Both the position numbers and the translations under genes were made by a program. The notes beneath the pieces are model-generated. The model saw nothing but the letters and a program-made list of their open reading frames with translations. It made no database searches and had not been told where the DNA came from. From Klebsormidium nitens (lineage: Eukaryota > Plantae > Klebsormidiophyceae), in contig DF237171.1 in NCBI GenBank assembly GCA_000708835.1, positions 62,001-126,000 on the forward strand: 64,000 bases of DNA, given 5' to 3'. Positions 29,526-42,100 of this stretch are shown here, in pieces. Each line of letters opens with the position of its first letter. Within the stretch, counting starts at the first letter, position 1.

Positions 29526-30299
29526 GCGGGGGGTCAGGGCCGGTTATTTATGTGAGTATGGTTTCGTAAGGTGGGACAACAAGCGTTGTTTATAAAGAAG
29601 CGTGGTTGAAAGAGGGTGTGGACCTTAGGCGTAAATTGCAAATGGACTGGTCTGCTGCGAGTGGATCCGGGTTGTATTCAAAAAAGGGGTGTTTGAGAAG
29701 TCGGTTGTCGAAGGTTGTGCAGGTTTCTAAGTTATTGACGAAGTAGAGGAGGAGCTATGTTATATCGCACGCTGCCAGGGCGGGAAAAGGAGTGTGAGAG
29801 AGCAGCGAAGCTAGACCACGGTTCCAGCCACCTAGAGAGTCCGCATGCACATTTAGAGTCCTTGGCTAGAAATGAGCACGCCATGTAGTAGCCAGCAGCA
29901 GAGGCACGCACGTTGGCGGGGCACGCACGGCGGTAAGCACCATGCGATGGCGCTGCTCCCTGTCCCTTTTTAAGAACTGAAGATTTTATGGTTGCTGTAA
30001 AAGCTTGAGCGATAAAGTTACACTCGTGATCTGGCATCGACTCAAAACACATATGTACGTGACCTTAGTGGGGGATGAGCAAGCTTCATTCGGCCGTTTG
30101 TCGCATGCTACTTGTAAACGCTTTTGTTGGAGCAATTTTTGGAGTCTACAAACTTTGTTGTTCCGGTGTGGCTTGTCCAATCACATTGTGCGCTTATTCA
30201 AAGTTGCATTGCTGTCCGATTGAGTTGTCTGGCCCGCATAAACGTACCGACCATTGTGTAGCAACCGTCAAGACCTTGGGAACGAGCACTGCAGTCTGA

Positions 30300-31180
30300 G
30301 CTGCGGCATGCAGTCATTAGGCCGGCTTAACGCTCTATGATATCATATACGGGGGCCGCGTCATCCACTTCCGTGGGAGCAGGCCGCTGGCAAATGCATC
30401 ACGTTTGATGTTCAGTATATCACACAGGCTTCACTTGACATAGCAGCTAGTATCGGTGGCCGATTTTCTTTTTCGGAGGACGGTCCGGACGCCCTTGCAC
30501 AAGTGTTTTGACACGATGCCTTACCGTCAAGCTTTTACGGTCATTTTCCATTCATATATGTGCGCGCATGGCCGGTCGCGCAATATTTCTACACTTGTCG
30601 GCTTGAAGCCAGCGTATCATTTAGGCCGGTGGGTTGAGTTGCATGACGTACTCCTCAATGTTTGCATTGAAATAGTGACTCCCGGATAGATCACATCCAT
30701 ATGCATGCATGCACTGCACATGCATAATATATGTTGATCAAATGATCGAGCACAAAGTATATCATGGTTGAATCGATCGTAAACCCAAAGAGGGGCGCAG
30801 CGCCGCTTGACCGCCGCCACTGAGCTAGCTAGTCTAGCTAGCTATACCGACGACCCTCACCAATTCATACAGGTATAGGAAGTCGAATGATCACATGCCA
30901 GAGTCCAATATTGCATGCTCAATTAGAAGTTGCGTGCATCCGGCCACCAGCCCTGGAGCAACGCATGCATTCCATTTCACTGTCAACTGTAGCGATATAA
31001 TATATAGCCCAAGCAAACCTAATCAATCACGTTCCTCTCATGTACGTCCGACATATATACATAGGGCCGGACACAAAATGAACCATGATTATTTGAGCAG
31101 GTGCATGTGAGCATAATCATGTAATCTTGCTTTACGGCCAGACTCACCCATGTCGGCCCATATACGCGGACCGGCCGGCC
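30300..31180. other. Palindrome-rich intergenic tract between the convergent M43 and TTC5 genes
   Basis: tatgcatgcatgcac, gagctagctagtctagctagcta, gatcgatcg, atatat runs and ggccggcc. Confidence 0.5.
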
Positions 31181-31375
31181 TGACTAGCAGCAACAATGCG
31201 GAGAACGGTGCCGCGAGTGAACGACCATCATTCCCTTTCTCTCGCGACCACTAGTCATGACCATACGGCATACAGGTCGACGTCAACACACAGCTCGTCA
31301 AGACGTACGGCTGAAGCTGATTGATCTATGCATGTGCATGCAATCGCTTCCGAGTGAGCTGTTAATATTCGTCCA

Positions 31376-34300
31376 CTAAGACGCTTTGTTAGCAGTATAT
31401 AATGTCGAGCGTACTGCATCGGCTTGCTTCAACGGCTTTCCATCTACCAGTACTTGTTGAACGTGATCTACACGTATCAACGGGAAGGAATAGACCTGCA
31501 CATGTAGAAACAAGCAGGGTAAAGACCGAGAGCACGCAGCGATCAACAGCTGTGTGATCGCAAGAAGACTTGCTTAAAAGAGAGACTTGAATAAGATATG
31601 CACGGCTTCAGGGGCGAGCTCGTTTTCTCACTACAGTGAGCGAGCAAGCAGGCAGTACAACTGATCCGCACGACTGCAACGATTACTTGTTAGCGCCAGG
31701 CGGAGGTCAAGTACTCATTAAGTAATGTTATGCGATTGAGCAGCCAACGACACCAGGTGCGGCCTTACCTTATCTTGCCACCGCACCTCCTGCTGCGAGA
31801 AGACCGGGTCTAGAAGCGAGACAGTCGCATCCGCCTTGACCTGAGAGAAAGACAAAGCAGCAAATCAGGAAATCATCCATGGTTATTCCCCGGTCTGTCC
31901 AAGCTACGGTTCCAATGCCCCCTGGAATCATATAAGGCCCATCCACGCCCGTCTCAACGACCAGCTGACGTCCATCGTGGCGTCAGGACTCCTTCCTGTT
32001 CGCGACTCACCGCTCCCTCCCGGACTGCGTATACCGCCAGCACGCAGCAGCTCCCGTCTTTATCCACGAGTATGTACGTCCTGCACAGTCGGCACACACT
32101 GAGCGCGCACGGCCAGGGATTTGGCAGAAAGGGTGGCTTTGGAGCTGCTGAACGCCAATCTCGGTTTCTCTCTCGAAAACAGTTGCTGGCGCTGCAGGCT
32201 AGAGGCCTTATGAACCTGCACGTACCCGGCTTCTTGACCGCCGTGAAAGGCCCAACTCGCGCTTTATATGATTGAATTATCTATACATGATGTTTCTACG
32301 CAATGGGTTGAGCTTTTATCTAGAAAACACGCTGCAAACCGTCCTCATCAAGACGAAGCATCTCAGAAACTTTACTCTTGACTGCATCCTGGACGATGAA
32401 GTAGCTTCGGAGTCGTCTCCAGGGACGATCAAGTTGACTGGTCCACGGTTTCAGGACAGGGTTGACGAAAAGACTATACTGCCATGCCATCGAGTGTGAA
32501 CGCGTCCTTACAATGGGTATGTGCTGTCGCTGGCGGCCTGAACGAGGACCTTTGCAAGCAGCGCCACGCCCTTATTTACACCCGGGGATAGGCTGCCCAG
32601 GGGAGCTACTCGGTGTGAAGAGGGACCTGTGAAATGAAAGCAAACGTGGCTGTGAGGGGCTTGCTTTTGACGACGCTCATGTCTAGTACAGAATTACGGC
32701 AAAAGAAGAGCCATCAAGCGACTTGCGGAGGAAAGTCGTACACACTGGCCGTGGCTGAGTGAGCCCATCTTTCTTCCTAGACGAGAGGAACGGTGGGAAG
32801 GAGACCGTCGGTTACCCTTGACTGCTTCGAGCATCCTGTCGATTTCGAAAGCAGCATGTCTCCGAGAAAAAGACGACGAGTCTGACAACTTGTCAACTAG
32901 ATACTGTCCTCGAACCCAGTCCAACTTTCCAACCCTCGCCGAGCTCACCGGCCGCTGCTCCCAGCTCCGCAAGCGCCCCCGCCAGTTTCTTGGCCTTGAC
33001 CCGCCCTTTGTTTGCGACCAGGTCCGCTAACCGCCCGGCCAGCTTCACGATCTTTTGCACCTCGGCCTCCGCGTTCAGCGAGGGATCCCTCTCCGCAGCG
33101 GCAGCAAAGTCGCGGAGGGCGTCGGAGTACTCCCCCAGATAACTGTGCACGGTCGCGCGGTTGAAGTGCAAATCCGGGTTGCACGCGGCGGCCGCGTCAC
33201 GCTCCTACACCACCGAAAAGGACGACTCGGGTTTTTGATAGAGTCGATTCAAACGTAAGTGGAATAAAGAGTCGTTTTCGGGGCACTCGACAACTCTCGG
33301 CTTATGAATGTGGTTTTGACCCTTTCGCTCCTTGTTGGCTTGAATTATCTTAAACCGGCAACCCAGGTGAGCTGATGGGGCTGATTGCCTCTCTTCTGCC
33401 AAACGGAGAACAAAGGTTTGCTAGAGCGAACACTCATTCCAGGAGTGCCGGGAAGTGAAGGACTAGAATTGGAACGTTTGACTTGAACTAGCAGGGTTAC
33501 AAAGACAAGCTGAGTGCAGAGCATACACTCGCAAACAATCAAAACAAGGAAATCTCAAAGACACCTACATCTTTCCAAAGACACTCCGTAGCCATCTGTT
33601 TCAACGATAAGACAAAGTTTCGAAATCCGGACCTTTAGCAGCCCACGCATTCCGGCTGGCATGCTCCACCAGCGATACTCGACCTGAAGTGACATCTCAA
33701 CAAGGTGAAAAGCAGAGTCTGAGGGCCTCCGTTTCAAGCTCAATCTCGGAAAGATTACCCTCGACCTCCACTGTCCAAAAAAACGCCCATCAGATCTTAT
33801 CAATTATCACCGCTGTGAGCTTAAAAGAAGGGTTCTTGTGCCTACGCACCGCGTTTTGGTACGCCTTGAGCGCCTGCCGCAGCTGGCCGAAGTCCCAGGC
33901 GCCGGTGGCGAAGTAGTGCGTGAGGAACGCGTTGCCCAGGGTGTACCAGCTGCGCCCGTCCCGGATGTCCAGCGCCACCGCCTCGCGCGCGTGGCCCAAA
34001 CTCGCCTCCACTAGTTGCTGGGCCGCCTCTGGGTCCGCTGATACGTATAGAGATAGAAAACTGATTTCAAAAAGTGTGGTCGTCGAAGGGGAGGTTACTT
34101 GGCAGTAAGGCAGAACAAGAGGAGGTGTCAGTACATTCCAATTGATAAGAACTGCGGCCAAAAAGAATGTTTCGAGGGGGCGATTGGTATAGTCGAACAG
34201 GAGCAGGGAGAGCGAAAGTGAGGAACATTGCTGACGGTCTCTAGCGAATGAATAGTACTCAGGTTTAAGCAGCTCGGGCACCAAGTTTAAGTTCGATCGC

Positions 34301-35408
34301 ATACGCAGGTCCAAGTGGATAAGTGAGGTGCATATAAGGAAAATCCTCAACCCTCCGGACTCTCTGTACGGAAAAAGGACGTCAGAAGTCAATTTCGATT
34401 AAGTACTTTCCCAGAACGGTCTGAAGATTGGAGGAATCAGAAAAACCCTTTTGAGAGTTGAGTGTCGAACCAACTTTTTTTTCGAAAGTGAAGGAGCCGT
34501 CAGTTCGCCCCTCAGCTGCTGGACTAAATTCTGTCAGGAAACAACACTTGCTGCCGGATTCAATGACACTTTCAAAAAGCACAGTCAGACGGTACCGCCA
34601 GCTCAAAGAGATAGTCAATGGAGTAGCCCAGCTGGGGAAACTAGGCTGGACTGGCGCTTACCCTTGGCCAAGCTCCGTTCTAGCATCGAGAGCTGCTGCA
34701 GTGCTTCTTTATGTGGTCCCTTTTTCAGGGCTGCCTTGAAGCAATTCTGCGCCTGGCTGAGGTCCCCTTTCTTCCAGAAAGAGTGGCCTAAACACGCCCA
34801 CGCGTCCGCCAGCGAAGGATCCAGCTTCACCTGCGAGGTTGAAAAGCACACTTGATATACAAGATTGAGCTGGATCACCGCTTGATGTCAGTCATCTTGC
34901 ACCAGGTTATTTTGAGCAGTATCAGATTGCCAACATGCCAAATGGAAACCAAGCCCAATCAGAGATTTTTCCAGCTGATGACCATACTGACAATGTCGCA
35001 AGACTGACCCAACGGATCGGAGTTCGCTCGGGAGATGCCTCATTGGCCACTGAAGAAGGACAAGCGGGCTTTGAACGCAAGTGAGTCCTACTACAATTGT
35101 AGGCATTTTGATCAACTTACCGCTTTAGAGAGCTGTTCTTCCGCTTCTTTTGAGAAGTCCGGCCCCACATCAAGAGCCTTCCCTCGGAGATATGCCACAT
35201 GGCCCCTTTTGCTAGACACCGCCGTTTCATTTGCCAATGTTTCTATCATCAGCAAGACTTCTTTGACTCCACTGTCCAGCTTTGCTTTCTTGTCTGCTTC
35301 TTTCTCTGGATAGAATGTATCTCGCAATTGGTAAAGCTCGCTGATCTTAGCAACAACTGCCAGGCATGGATCAGAAGAATCGTGGCTGACATGACTGGGG
35401 GAACCCAT
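31376..35408 (-). CDS. TTC5: Tetratricopeptide repeat protein 5 (TTC5/Strap) homolog with C-terminal OB-fold region, about 425 aa
   Basis: Exons 35408-35121, 34830-34662, 34037-33850, 33204-32949, 32626-32512, 32080-32011, 31840-31769, 31495-31376. Motifs LYQLRDTFY, YLRGKALDV, LSKAVKLDPSLADAWACLG, SMLER, AVALDIRDGRSWYTLGNAF, NPDLHFNRA and IRVD..QQVLVDGK. Confidence 0.9.
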
Positions 35409-35457
35409 TGCTGAAGTCGAACAGCAAGGAAGCACAAGAGAATTTGCAACGCTCAAG

Positions 35458-35488
35458 TTAGGGTTTGGTCGATGGAATCAAACCCTAA
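35458..35488. promoter_or_regulatory. Two telo-boxes (AAACCCTAA) in inverted orientation in the TTC5/PABP divergent region
   Basis: ttagggtttg (35458-35467) and caaaccctaa (35479-35488). Telo-boxes are established elements near transcription starts of plant translation-related genes. Confidence 0.6.
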
Positions 35489-36148
35489 TGTTGTTGTTCC
35501 CGCAGTTGCTCCTCAACCTACCCAGTCTTGCCCCTGCCTGCGAATGCAGCTGCTCCTCACTCAATTGAAAATAGACATCCTTCAGAAAGTCCTTTAAGCT
35601 TGCCGAGTTTAGTCTGTAAAGAACTGGCACCTCAAGTCCCCCACTCTCCTACAAATTCCTCCTTGCCAAAAGCTCTGATGGCAGCTCACCAACGGCTCAA
35701 AATGCCCGATGCCCACACGGAGAGCTCCTGCACTGGCAGCTGCTTCTCTCACGATGCTTTGAACTCTTTGCCACGATGCGCATTTGCCACCTTCCCCAGT
35801 CAGGCTAGCTACATAATCAAATTGCCTACCATACTACGGTATGCAGCTTCACAGACTGGCGACTTGAGTTCATGCAGTGGCCCAGGCGGGCGCGTGCTGC
35901 GCGCGGCGCGAGCTGAGCAACTTAGGCTAGGGTAATGGGTTGCTGAGGCCCTCTATCTGCTCCGCTCTAGTTGTTGTCACATACCTCGTCACGACTCACA
36001 AGACGCGCACAAGTCGGACTCATCAGAGTCAGCGACTGCACTCTGCAGTGTGCAGGGCCACCACATCCGCTGCGTTCCACTGCCAGTGCAGGGAGTCCGC
36101 TCAGGCCGGCAAGTTCTCCTTCTCAGGGTCAGAGTAAAGGAAGTAACC

Positions 36149-39100
36149 ATGGCGCAAGTTCAAGCCCCTCCTCAGGCCCAGGGTGCTCAAGCTGGACCGG
36201 GCGGCAGTGGGCCTGCCCCTTTTGCTTCCACGTCACTGTACGTTGGCGACTTAGAAGCCAATGTGTCGGAAGCACAGTTGTATGAGGTGTTCAATCAAGT
36301 GGGGCCGGTGGTGTCCATCCGGGTGTGCCGGGATCTGATAACCAGGCGCTCCTTGGGATATGCGTATGTCAATTACAACTCGGCCCAGGACGGTGAGTTC
36401 CAAGTGGTTGTCATGGATTGTCAATGGGTGTCAAATGGACCGCGTCTTTGGAAGGCTGCCTCTGTGAACAGAACGCGGTGTCATCATTCAAGACTTGCAG
36501 GGGCTCTTATTGCTTTGGTAATGGTCCTTTCAAGTTTTGAGACACGAGTTCAGCAGTAGCAAAAAGCATGCACCATCCTTCAGAACAGATAAGGCCAGGC
36601 TAAAATGGTGTTACAGAGTACTCCTGAAAGTGGTCAGGGGGGATATTCCAATGTGCCCGCCAGTTTGACTCACTGCATTGCGTCAAAGGCCGAAAAAAGG
36701 CACAAGGTGTTTCGCCTTTCCACGGAGAAAGTGTCCTCAGGCTCCTTGACTTGGCGCTCTTATCTTGATGAAAATGACAGCCGTCAGAAGTATCGGGCTT
36801 ACCTCCTCAATCAATTATCCATCACGTGCCCGGACACATAAAGCAATTTGACAGCCTTCCGTGTTCCTAAATGCGTATGCTGATTATGCGCTGCACACTT
36901 TTGCTGGCGCCCCTTGTTTGAGATCAGAGAGAAGCTGCAATCAATTGTGCATGTCCGCCCGTTGCCCCTGCTGCCCTTCCACTTGACTGGTTCATTCCGT
37001 CCATAACCTATTGTGAAATCGTTACCATGCCTCAGTGCCTGTGCTTAGAGTTCCTCACCGGCTTACTGTGCAGCCCAACGCGCGCTCGAGGTCCTCAATT
37101 TCCAGCCAATCAATGGGAAGGAGATCCGGATCATGTTCTCTTCCCGGGACCCCTCCTCGAGGAAGAGCGGGGCTGGCAACATCTTCATCAGGGTAAGCAG
37201 TGGCTTCCGCGGAATGCCACCATCTCAATCAGGAAATGGCGCCCCTAATCCTACGAAGAAAGTGCAAGTGGCTCAACTGGAAGGCAACTCAGGATCGCCT
37301 GAATCAGGGCTTCCAATTGCATTGCTGATTTCTTTCACCAGATAGAGGGAGCGCTAGGTGAATTGGTTGACATTTTGCGTATTTGTTTGGATCTTCAGAT
37401 GGGGCAAGCCTGGAGAGAGAAAAGCTGACCTCGGAGAACACCACGCTCATGCTCGTTTCTCAATGTGTGATGCGTATGGTAATTTCCAAAGCTCTTTGTA
37501 GGACCCTCCATTTGGTGGTCAGTGAGTGACTGACTTGAGTGGGGCGGGGCAGGATTCCCGTCAAAGTGCTAATGTCATTTGGTTCTCGCTGCAGAACCTC
37601 GACAAGGGCATTGACAACAAGGCGCTCCACGACACGTTTGCCGCTTTTGGCAGCATTCTGTCTTGCAAGGTTGCCACCGACAATGCGGGCCAGTCCAAGG
37701 GCTACGGCTTCGTGCAGTTTGAGTCCGAGGAGTCCGCTAACCAGGCTATTGAGAAGGTCAACGGGATGCTCCTCAACGAGAAGCAAGTGTAAGTGGTCAC
37801 CTTCTGAACACCTCCCATTTCTCCCCTCTGGGAGCGGTTATACATTTTGAAAAGCATCTGAGGAGCATATGTTGGGTTTTGGCGCCACATGCTGTGAGGA
37901 GGTCTGTTGTCAAGTTTCTTGTTATGACTATATGTTGGAAATAGAGTACTGCCCTGCGGAGCAAGTTGGGGCCTGCTCAGACTTCGACCAGTGCTAAAGT
38001 CTCACGCTGCTGGGGACTGGGCGCTCGAGTGCCTAACTTCTTAGACTCTGCGCGTGGATCTCAACTTTCTGGCAGTTGCCCATGGGCAGTCAGGCAAGGT
38101 CAATAGATTGTAGGGGATCCAGGACTTCCTAAACACAGAGTGCGTTCGGCGGATGGCAATATGTGATGGTGCAGGACCATTGGTGGTTGCTCTGGGCCTT
38201 GCAGTGGACTTCAGGCTTGGAGAGGTCAATCTGGGTTAGGGGCTCTTGTCGTGCCATTACTTGTCACAAAGTTTCTAGATAGTGTAGATAGATGGTGACT
38301 CTCTCAAAGTTTGGGCGTTAGGGTCAGTCAGGGTCACCCCGTGCTCTTCCCCGCACCAGCGATTGGGCATTTCAACGCCGCTGGAGGAGCAAAGCGTGGC
38401 AGTAGTCGCACCCGGTCTATAAGTCCCGTGCACCAGCCTGACTCTTGGTGTTGCAGGTATGTGGGTCCATTTGTGCGGCGGCAGGAGCGTGACGTGGGCG
38501 CAGCGTCGTCCAAGTTCCAGAACGTGTACGTCAAGAACCTGGGGGAGGACGTCACCGAGGAGAAGCTCAAGGAGGTCTTTGAGGAGTTTGGGAAAACCAC
38601 CAGCGCTGTCATCATGAAGGTGAGGCCCCCTGCGAGGGCAGTGTTGCAATCACGGAACGTTTGGCTTCGTGATTCCTTCCGTTCTCTGGACCGACTGATG
38701 GTAGTTGCGATGGGGCGGGCACACTCGTTCCGTGCATACTGCATCTGACTAGAGCGCTTTGTGTCCTTCTGATTGTTTCGAAGCATAGATACCAACCCAT
38801 GCTGATGTTGCTACGTGCCATGCATTCTGAGCTGTTGCAGATGGGACTGGAGGCTTGCAGATAAAGTCAAGTCCTGTCAAGGTGACTTCACCCACAAAGC
38901 CCTCAATCAAGGAATGCTTAGTCTGCTGCTTTTGTCCTGCCGCAGGAGTCGGACGGCAAGTCCAAGGGGTTTGGCTTTGTCAACTATGACGAGCCGGAGT
39001 CAGCCGCCAAGGTGAGCAATTGGCACTGCCTTCAATGCTGACCCAGGTTGATGCAGAGTATCTTTCGGTCTCCTGAGAGTGCGTGATAGTGCTTAGGGAG

Positions 39101-42100
39101 CAAGGACAACTGCTCGCCCTTGAGTTCAAGAGAACGTGGAGCCAGCAGAATGTTCACTTGCTGCAGGAAGTGAGCCTGAGGGTCTTTTCTTGTTTCTCGA
39201 GTTTGGCAGGTCAGGTATCAATCTTGAGGCGAGAGGCATAAGTTGGTGACGGTTTTGGCTCGAGTTGCACAGCGTTGCAGGACCTTGTTTGAAACCTCTG
39301 AAAGCTTGTGGGCTCGTGTGACGTGCCTAAGGTGAAGCTTATACTTAGTCTCTTGCATCAAGCTTGCTCGGTTTACAAGGCGTTTCAAGGAATGCTTGCT
39401 GACAAGCCATCCAATTTATGAACATGCTGTTGATCTCCGGACTCTATTCATTCAGGCGGTAGATGCCTTGAACGGCAAGAACATTGATGGCAAGGAGTGG
39501 TTCGTGGGGCGCGCTCAGAAGAAGTCCGAGCGCGAGCAAGAGCTGCGCAACAAGTTCGAGCAGGAGAGGAGGGAGAAGGCCGAGAAGTTCCAGGGGGTAA
39601 ACCTCTACCTCAAGGTGAGGCACCGAGGAAGCCCCCCGCTGCGGAGGATTTGGATTTTCGTGGCAGAGGACAGAGGGGTTAATCAAGAGGTGACAGTGAA
39701 GTGCTAGCTATCTCTGAATATTCTGAAGACAGAGCGTTTGGGTCATATGGAAAAGGTGGCTGGTGTTGGGGCTTGTCGGAGGGAATGATTTGACTGGGTG
39801 CGCTCACTGCAGAACCTGGACGACACCTTCGACGATGATAAGCTGCGCGAGCTCTTCTCCGAGTTTGGCACAATCACCTCCGCCAAGGTGAGGCCTGGGT
39901 CCAATCTGCACATGGTGTCAAGTTCGCGGGGGTTGATGAACTCTCGTGCTCTTGAGTCAGGCCTCGACTGGAGTGTCCATCTGTTAATTCCTGGGCACCG
40001 AGAGAAGGCCTGCTGGTATCCTTATGTGTCTTGACTTTGTGGTCTAGATAGAGGTTGGAAGGGAATTAGAACGTCGGCCAAAGGTGACCATATTTACAAG
40101 TACGCAGTTTTTGAGTCAGAGCGCTCACAAGCTTGGGATATATTTAGCTGATGTAAAGACCAAGTCCTGGATTCAGTAGTTCGAAGAGTGTGCTTGGTTA
40201 CCTTCAGATAAGTTTATGGGTTCAGAACAACATGGAGCTGACCTTCGTATTTGGAGTCTGTAAAAGCGAGGTATCTTCTGCCGGTCTTCTAACGTGGCAA
40301 ATCGTGGTGGTGTCAGGTGATGAAGGCCCAAGATGGGACGAGCAAGGGTTCAGGGTTTGTCGCCTTTAATGCCCCGGAGGAGGCCACCAAGGCGGTACGT
40401 CCACCTTCCTTTTGTGCTTGTTCGATAATTGGATAGTTCCTTGATGTTCCTGGTTTTGAGGGTCCATTTTTAAGGGGCGTCTAATGTCCTGGTTGTCAAT
40501 TGGTGTAATCGTCCAACTTGGCCTCAAGAAGGTGCTCATATGCGGAGTCTGAAGGATGGAAGTTCCGATCCGACAAAAATGTTAGCGTAGTCTGTTGTTC
40601 CGAATCTGGCGGCCGACGGGTGTCACTCTGAAGCATTCTCGTGGCCATGGTTAAACCACGTCAGTTCGTTAGTTGCATCTGTCCCTCTCTAGTTCTTATC
40701 GAGTGACGACCATCACGCTAATCTTCCATCTGCTGAATGCACGTTGCTCATCTGTTGTGCGGCTGTGGTTGTGACAAGCGAGAGCCGAACTTAGCCGCAG
40801 CAAAGAGACCAACGTCCGCCGTTGATCTGTGCAGGTGACTGAGATGAACGGCAAGATGGTGGGCAGCAAGCCGCTGTACGTGGCCCTCGCACAGCGCAAG
40901 GAGGAGCGCAAGCAGAGGCTAGCGGTGAGGACACCCCGCGTCTAGTTCTCCTCTTGTGTCGTCACGATTGTTTTCCTTTGGTTTCGCTTTACAGGGCTTG
41001 ATTGCGTTTATTGTAAAGGTTGCCGGCGAACTAGTTTGTCGAGGTGCAGAGCCCGTACACTTTCTGTGGCCTTTCTCAAGCTCGGAGTCCCATTCCCAAT
41101 CCAAATATTTGCTGAAAGGGGATAGGTGCACCCAAATTTCAGAACTTCCTCCTCCTCATCTCTGTGAAAGCCAGGGCGAGTTGCTGATCCAGGGCCCCTC
41201 TTGCCGTTCTTTCGACTCCGCGATTGGATCTGCTCTTGCTACCTCTAGATATAGATCCGGGAAACGACTGACCTTGAAAATCCTCACGAATGTTGCAGAA
41301 ACTACTGCCGGCTCGTCCAAACTTTCCTAACTTCACCTTTCTTCTCGAGCCAGACTCGTCGATCATTCTAATCTCAAAGTCGCCTCGCGCCCTCATTCAC
41401 TTACCAGCCCGAGTCTCTACAACCCTCTTTGTCAGCCTTCGCTTGCGTGTTACCAACCTTCGCCCCCCCCCCTTCGAACTCCACAGGTCCAGTTCCAGCA
41501 GAGGATTCCCCAGGTGGGCATGGGCGGGAACGCCCCCGCCAACATGCCCATGTACGGCCAGCTCCCCCCCCCGGGCCAGCAGATCTTCTTCGGGCAGCCC
41601 CCCCCGGGGCTGCTCCCCCCTCAGCCCGGCTACGGCTACCAGCAGCAGGTGCTCGCCCCCGGCATGCGGCCAGGGATGCAAGCGATGCCCAACTACTACG
41701 TGCCAGTCGTGCAGGTGAGATTTTTAGTCTCTCGGTCAGGTATAGTAGGCTTATAGTCATACCACTGGGACGGGAAGGGTTAGGATGGTGGTCAGGGCGG
41801 GTTCGTTTGCTGAGCGTTTTAAACATCTAGGTTTAGGTTTGCAGTGGTAGCTTCGTTCTTGTCACAAAGTTTCTAGAGAAGTATCACGAGACCCCTTGAG
41901 TCACCTCCGATCTGTAAAAGTTGAATAGTCTACTTACTGCTGACCTTCAGAAACTTTCTGGGTTTGACTATCAAGGCTCGGTATCTGATCGTTTGAGCCC
42001 AGCCCGGAACTTGCAGAATCAGGAGGGCAGGGCTTTTTCGCGTTCCAATGATCGCATCAGACGGATTGCTATTGCTGCTACAACACCCACTGCTTTCGCC

